This document shows positions 61,136 through 64,000 of a stretch of 64,000 nt of DNA, piece after piece (positions within the stretch are counted from its first letter, which is position 1; each line of letters begins with the position of its first letter). The stretch is from Lama glama. Lineage: Eukaryota. Position numbers and translations under genes: made by a program. The stretch spans positions 55,304,001-55,368,000 of the forward strand of contig CM052821.1 of assembly GCA_028534125.1 (NCBI GenBank), read 5' to 3'. The notes under the pieces are model-generated. The model did not search any database and was not told the origin of the DNA. It was given only the letters and a program-made list of their open reading frames with translations.

Positions 61136-62499
61136 CTGCGAGACACAAGGGGGGTCACTCAGTGTCCGCTTGCCCGGTCCCCACTGGCCCCACCAGGAAC
61201 AGCATGCCCCACCCTGCCCCTGACCACCACCTGGACCCCACTCCCCAGACCCTGTTTGGCTCCCATCTGAGAGCACAGCTACCATCTAGTCCATCAAATG
61301 GACCCCCAACCACAGGGCAGGGCATCTCGACACCCACCGTGATCCACCCCTTCCCTGCCTAGAATCCAGTCTCACACCCGGGGCCACTGAGCCCCTGTTT
61401 TACCTCCTCTGCACCTGTTCCAGCCTCCAGGTGGCCCCGCCCACCCCCCAGCCCAGCTCAGGCCCCACAGTGCCGGGACGGTCTTGCCCAGGTTCAGCCT
61501 TGGCTCATGCTGCGCTGGCGGCCTCTCTTCCCTCTGCTGCGTCCCACCCGTCTCTGCACACCCAGCCCAGAGGACAGGCTCAGCACGCGATGCTTCAGAG
61601 AGACGCGCGCAGGACGCTGCATCCCAGCCAACACTCGTGAACAGATCATGAAGTGAGGTGCTTAGAACTTGGGGGCCGCAAAGGGTGGAATATGTTCATT
61701 ATCAAGTTGCACACACCACAGATCCTGAGCCCAGAGGAGCTGTGCGGGGACCACCACGGGGGCTCTCTGAGGAGAGCCATAGCCACTCCTGGGGGGACCA
61801 TGCGTCACAAAACTTGTCCAAACAATGGAGGAACGGGACCACCACAGAAGTCACAATGCATTCAGGTGCAAGCCGGAGATTCTGGAAGATTCTGAGAGAG
61901 CCAGCATCACCCCACCTGACAGGTGAGAAAACCTGAGACCCAGGGAAGCCCAGCCTCCCGCCCGAGAACACACGCTCGGCGGAGGGGCCCTGGCCTCCCC
62001 CAGTGATAACGCCTGCCACCTAGGAGGTCAGGCACCGAGCACTCTATTACTCCTCCATCCGGTCCTCACGATAACCTGGCGGGGCTGCATTTAGAGAGAA
62101 AAGAACATTTGTGTGAGCTGGGTGTGGGGAGGGCACCTGGAAGGTTGGCACAGAACCCAGAGGCCGGCAAGGCAACGGCTCAGTGCTGTCTACAGCTTCT
62201 GCAGAGCAGGTCGACCCCTGAGACCATGCCTGCAGCTCACAGACAGAGGGCCGGTGGCGGGAACGAGTAAGAGGAATCAGGCAAGAGGCCCAGCACATTG
62301 CGGCAGAAAGCCTCAAAGATGGCCCCGCCCTCCTTCCCCCTCCCCCGCCCCAACCACAGGCCACACCCAGGCAACCACGAGCCTGTATTCACACTGCAGC
62401 CACAGAACTCGTCCAAAAATGTGGACTCATCAGGCCACTCCCTTGGGGCCCCCAAAGGCACCCAAGATAAAACCCATATCGCTTACCCCATTATGGTCC

Positions 62500-62880
62500 T
62501 GCACAGTCTGTCCTCATCACCCTCCCTATCACACACTCCTTCTCCCGGCCCCAGGGCCTTTGCACATTTCGTCTTCTGCCTGGAACACTGTCCTCCCGTC
62601 ACCAGCAGCTGCTCCTTCAGCCACCCGGGTCTCAGCTGCATGTCCCTCATCAGAAGGGACCTTTCACATCCCCCCACTCAAGCTCTGCCACATCCCAACT
62701 TTAATTCCCACACAGGAACAGCCACAGCCTGATTTTATTTGTTCATATCAGTCTCCCCCTCACCCTCGCCGTGAACCTGTGAGGACCAAGAACTTGTAGG
62801 TCTTGTTCCTGCTGAACCCGTCACTTCCAGAACAGTCCCTGGCACTCAGAAGCTGCTGGATAAACATTTGGGTGAGGGAG
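62500..62880 (+). mobile_element. L2 3'-end relic
   Basis: cagggcctttgcacat...tctgcctggaac...gtcttgttcctgctg...aacagtccctggcactcag...ataaacatttg. Confidence 0.65.
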
Positions 62881-63774
62881 GGGGAGGGGAAAGGGGAGGC
62901 GGGGGAGGGGAAGAAGGAGGGAGGGGTAGAATTCCAGTGGCATCTTTCACCCCAAGATTGACACTGGCACAAACAGCAGCAGAGGCTCCACTTTCCCACG
63001 TAAGCTATCTTTCTGTGGGTATTTCTTTTCTCTTTTTCGCAAAGGCCCATTTACAATAATATAGGATATAAGATGTTGTTTGTTTCCTGGTGGCAGCTGT
63101 TATGAAACATCCTTTTAATCTTAAACCACACAGGGATTGGTTCTGCCCCAAGATGCGAAGGTCATACTGATTAAAGCTCCAAGCTCAGGCCGCGCTGGCG
63201 TGCTCAGCGCTATTCTGCCCGCCCCTCACCGGGGGCGGGGGGGGGGGCTCCAGTGCCGGGACCCTCCCGCCAGCAGCCCTGGGGGACACGGCACAAGGAG
63301 CCCCCAAGAACCAAGAGCCAGGTTAGGACCAGAAAACAGCATGGAAGATTAACTTACACCGACTGTGCTGGAAGATAAAACGTGCACCTTGCTATTACTC
63401 TCACCGTTAATTTCTCTCAAGACCACGGACCGTGCTGGACAACCAGGTCCCGGAGGCGATGGGTTCGCTCTGTACCTAAATCACCTGGGTGGGACTTCCG
63501 AGTCTCCATGGGCACAAACCCAACTGCCCATCACGGGGAGCCGCTGAAGTAAGGGCAGCTGTCCTGACCCTGGAGCTCGGCGTAGCCAGACCGGCAGCCG
63601 ACATCTTCCTCCGCCGCTGTCAGGGCAGATCCAGACCACGTGATGTCAGGGGGAAAGTAAGTCACTTTTCCACACAAAACAAAAAAACACGGTCGTGCAC
63701 AAGTCCAGGGAGCTGTCGGCAGGGATGGCAGAAACTTCAGTGTTGACAGTGATTCCATCTGGGTCACTGAATTT

Positions 63775-64000
63775 ATTGTTTTCAAATAAACTTTAAATTT
63801 TAGAGCAGTTCTAGTTCACAGAAAAATTGGGAAGACTGTGCAGAGAGGTCCGTACACCCAGCACCCAGTCTCCCTAGAATTAATATCGTTATGACATCGG
63901 TGTGGCGTCTTTGTTAGAATCAATGAAGCGATATGGATGTGTTATCAACTAACGCCATGCTTCATTCAGATTCCTTGGTTTTACCTACTGGTTTTACTTC
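63775..64000 (-). mobile_element. L1MC/MD-like 3' end, cut by the window edge
   Basis: tttagagcagttctagttcacagaaaaattg...cacccagtctccct...aatcaatgaagc. Confidence 0.65.

Noticed and set aside
60456-61362. Plus-strand ORFs (255 aa and 166 aa) antisense to exon 2
   Set aside because: Shadow ORFs expected opposite a GC3-rich coding exon; no recognisable domain.
1-64000. CRISPR arrays, prokaryotic operons, foreign inserts or a nested second protein-coding gene
   Set aside because: No repeat-spacer arrays were seen. All recognisable coding signal belongs to CELSR1 or L1 relics. A small nested ncRNA cannot be excluded without an Rfam/Infernal search.

Overview
This is GC-rich mammalian genomic DNA lying entirely inside one minus-strand gene, CELSR1 (Flamingo-type cadherin/EGF/laminin-G adhesion GPCR). 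I traced 19 consecutive coding exons (exons 2-20 by analogy to the human gene), from 61135 down to 509. All have GT-AG boundaries and compatible phases, and they total 3339 nt (1113 codons). They encode the end of the cadherin region, EGF repeats, two laminin-G domains, laminin-type EGF, the hormone-receptor motif and most of the GAIN domain. The large first exon lies beyond 64000, and the GPS/7TM exons lie before position 1. Four tRNA-Ala(AGC)-derived SINEs with target-site duplications, and no recognisable Alu, B1 or Bov-tA, suggest a camelid genome. Introns contain L1 fragments, MLT1-type LTRs, hAT MITEs, MIR/L2 relics, short tandem repeats and a 129-N assembly gap. Almost all other ORFs in the track are GC-rich noise. 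I found no convincing new biological system. The best leads are regulatory hypotheses: a CpG island with a perfect NRF1 site around exon 20, a possible intronic polyadenylation site after exon 5, a promoter-like CpG/ETS patch in intron 3, and several motif-dense AT-rich islands. Repeat family names and human comparisons are from recall, not database searches.
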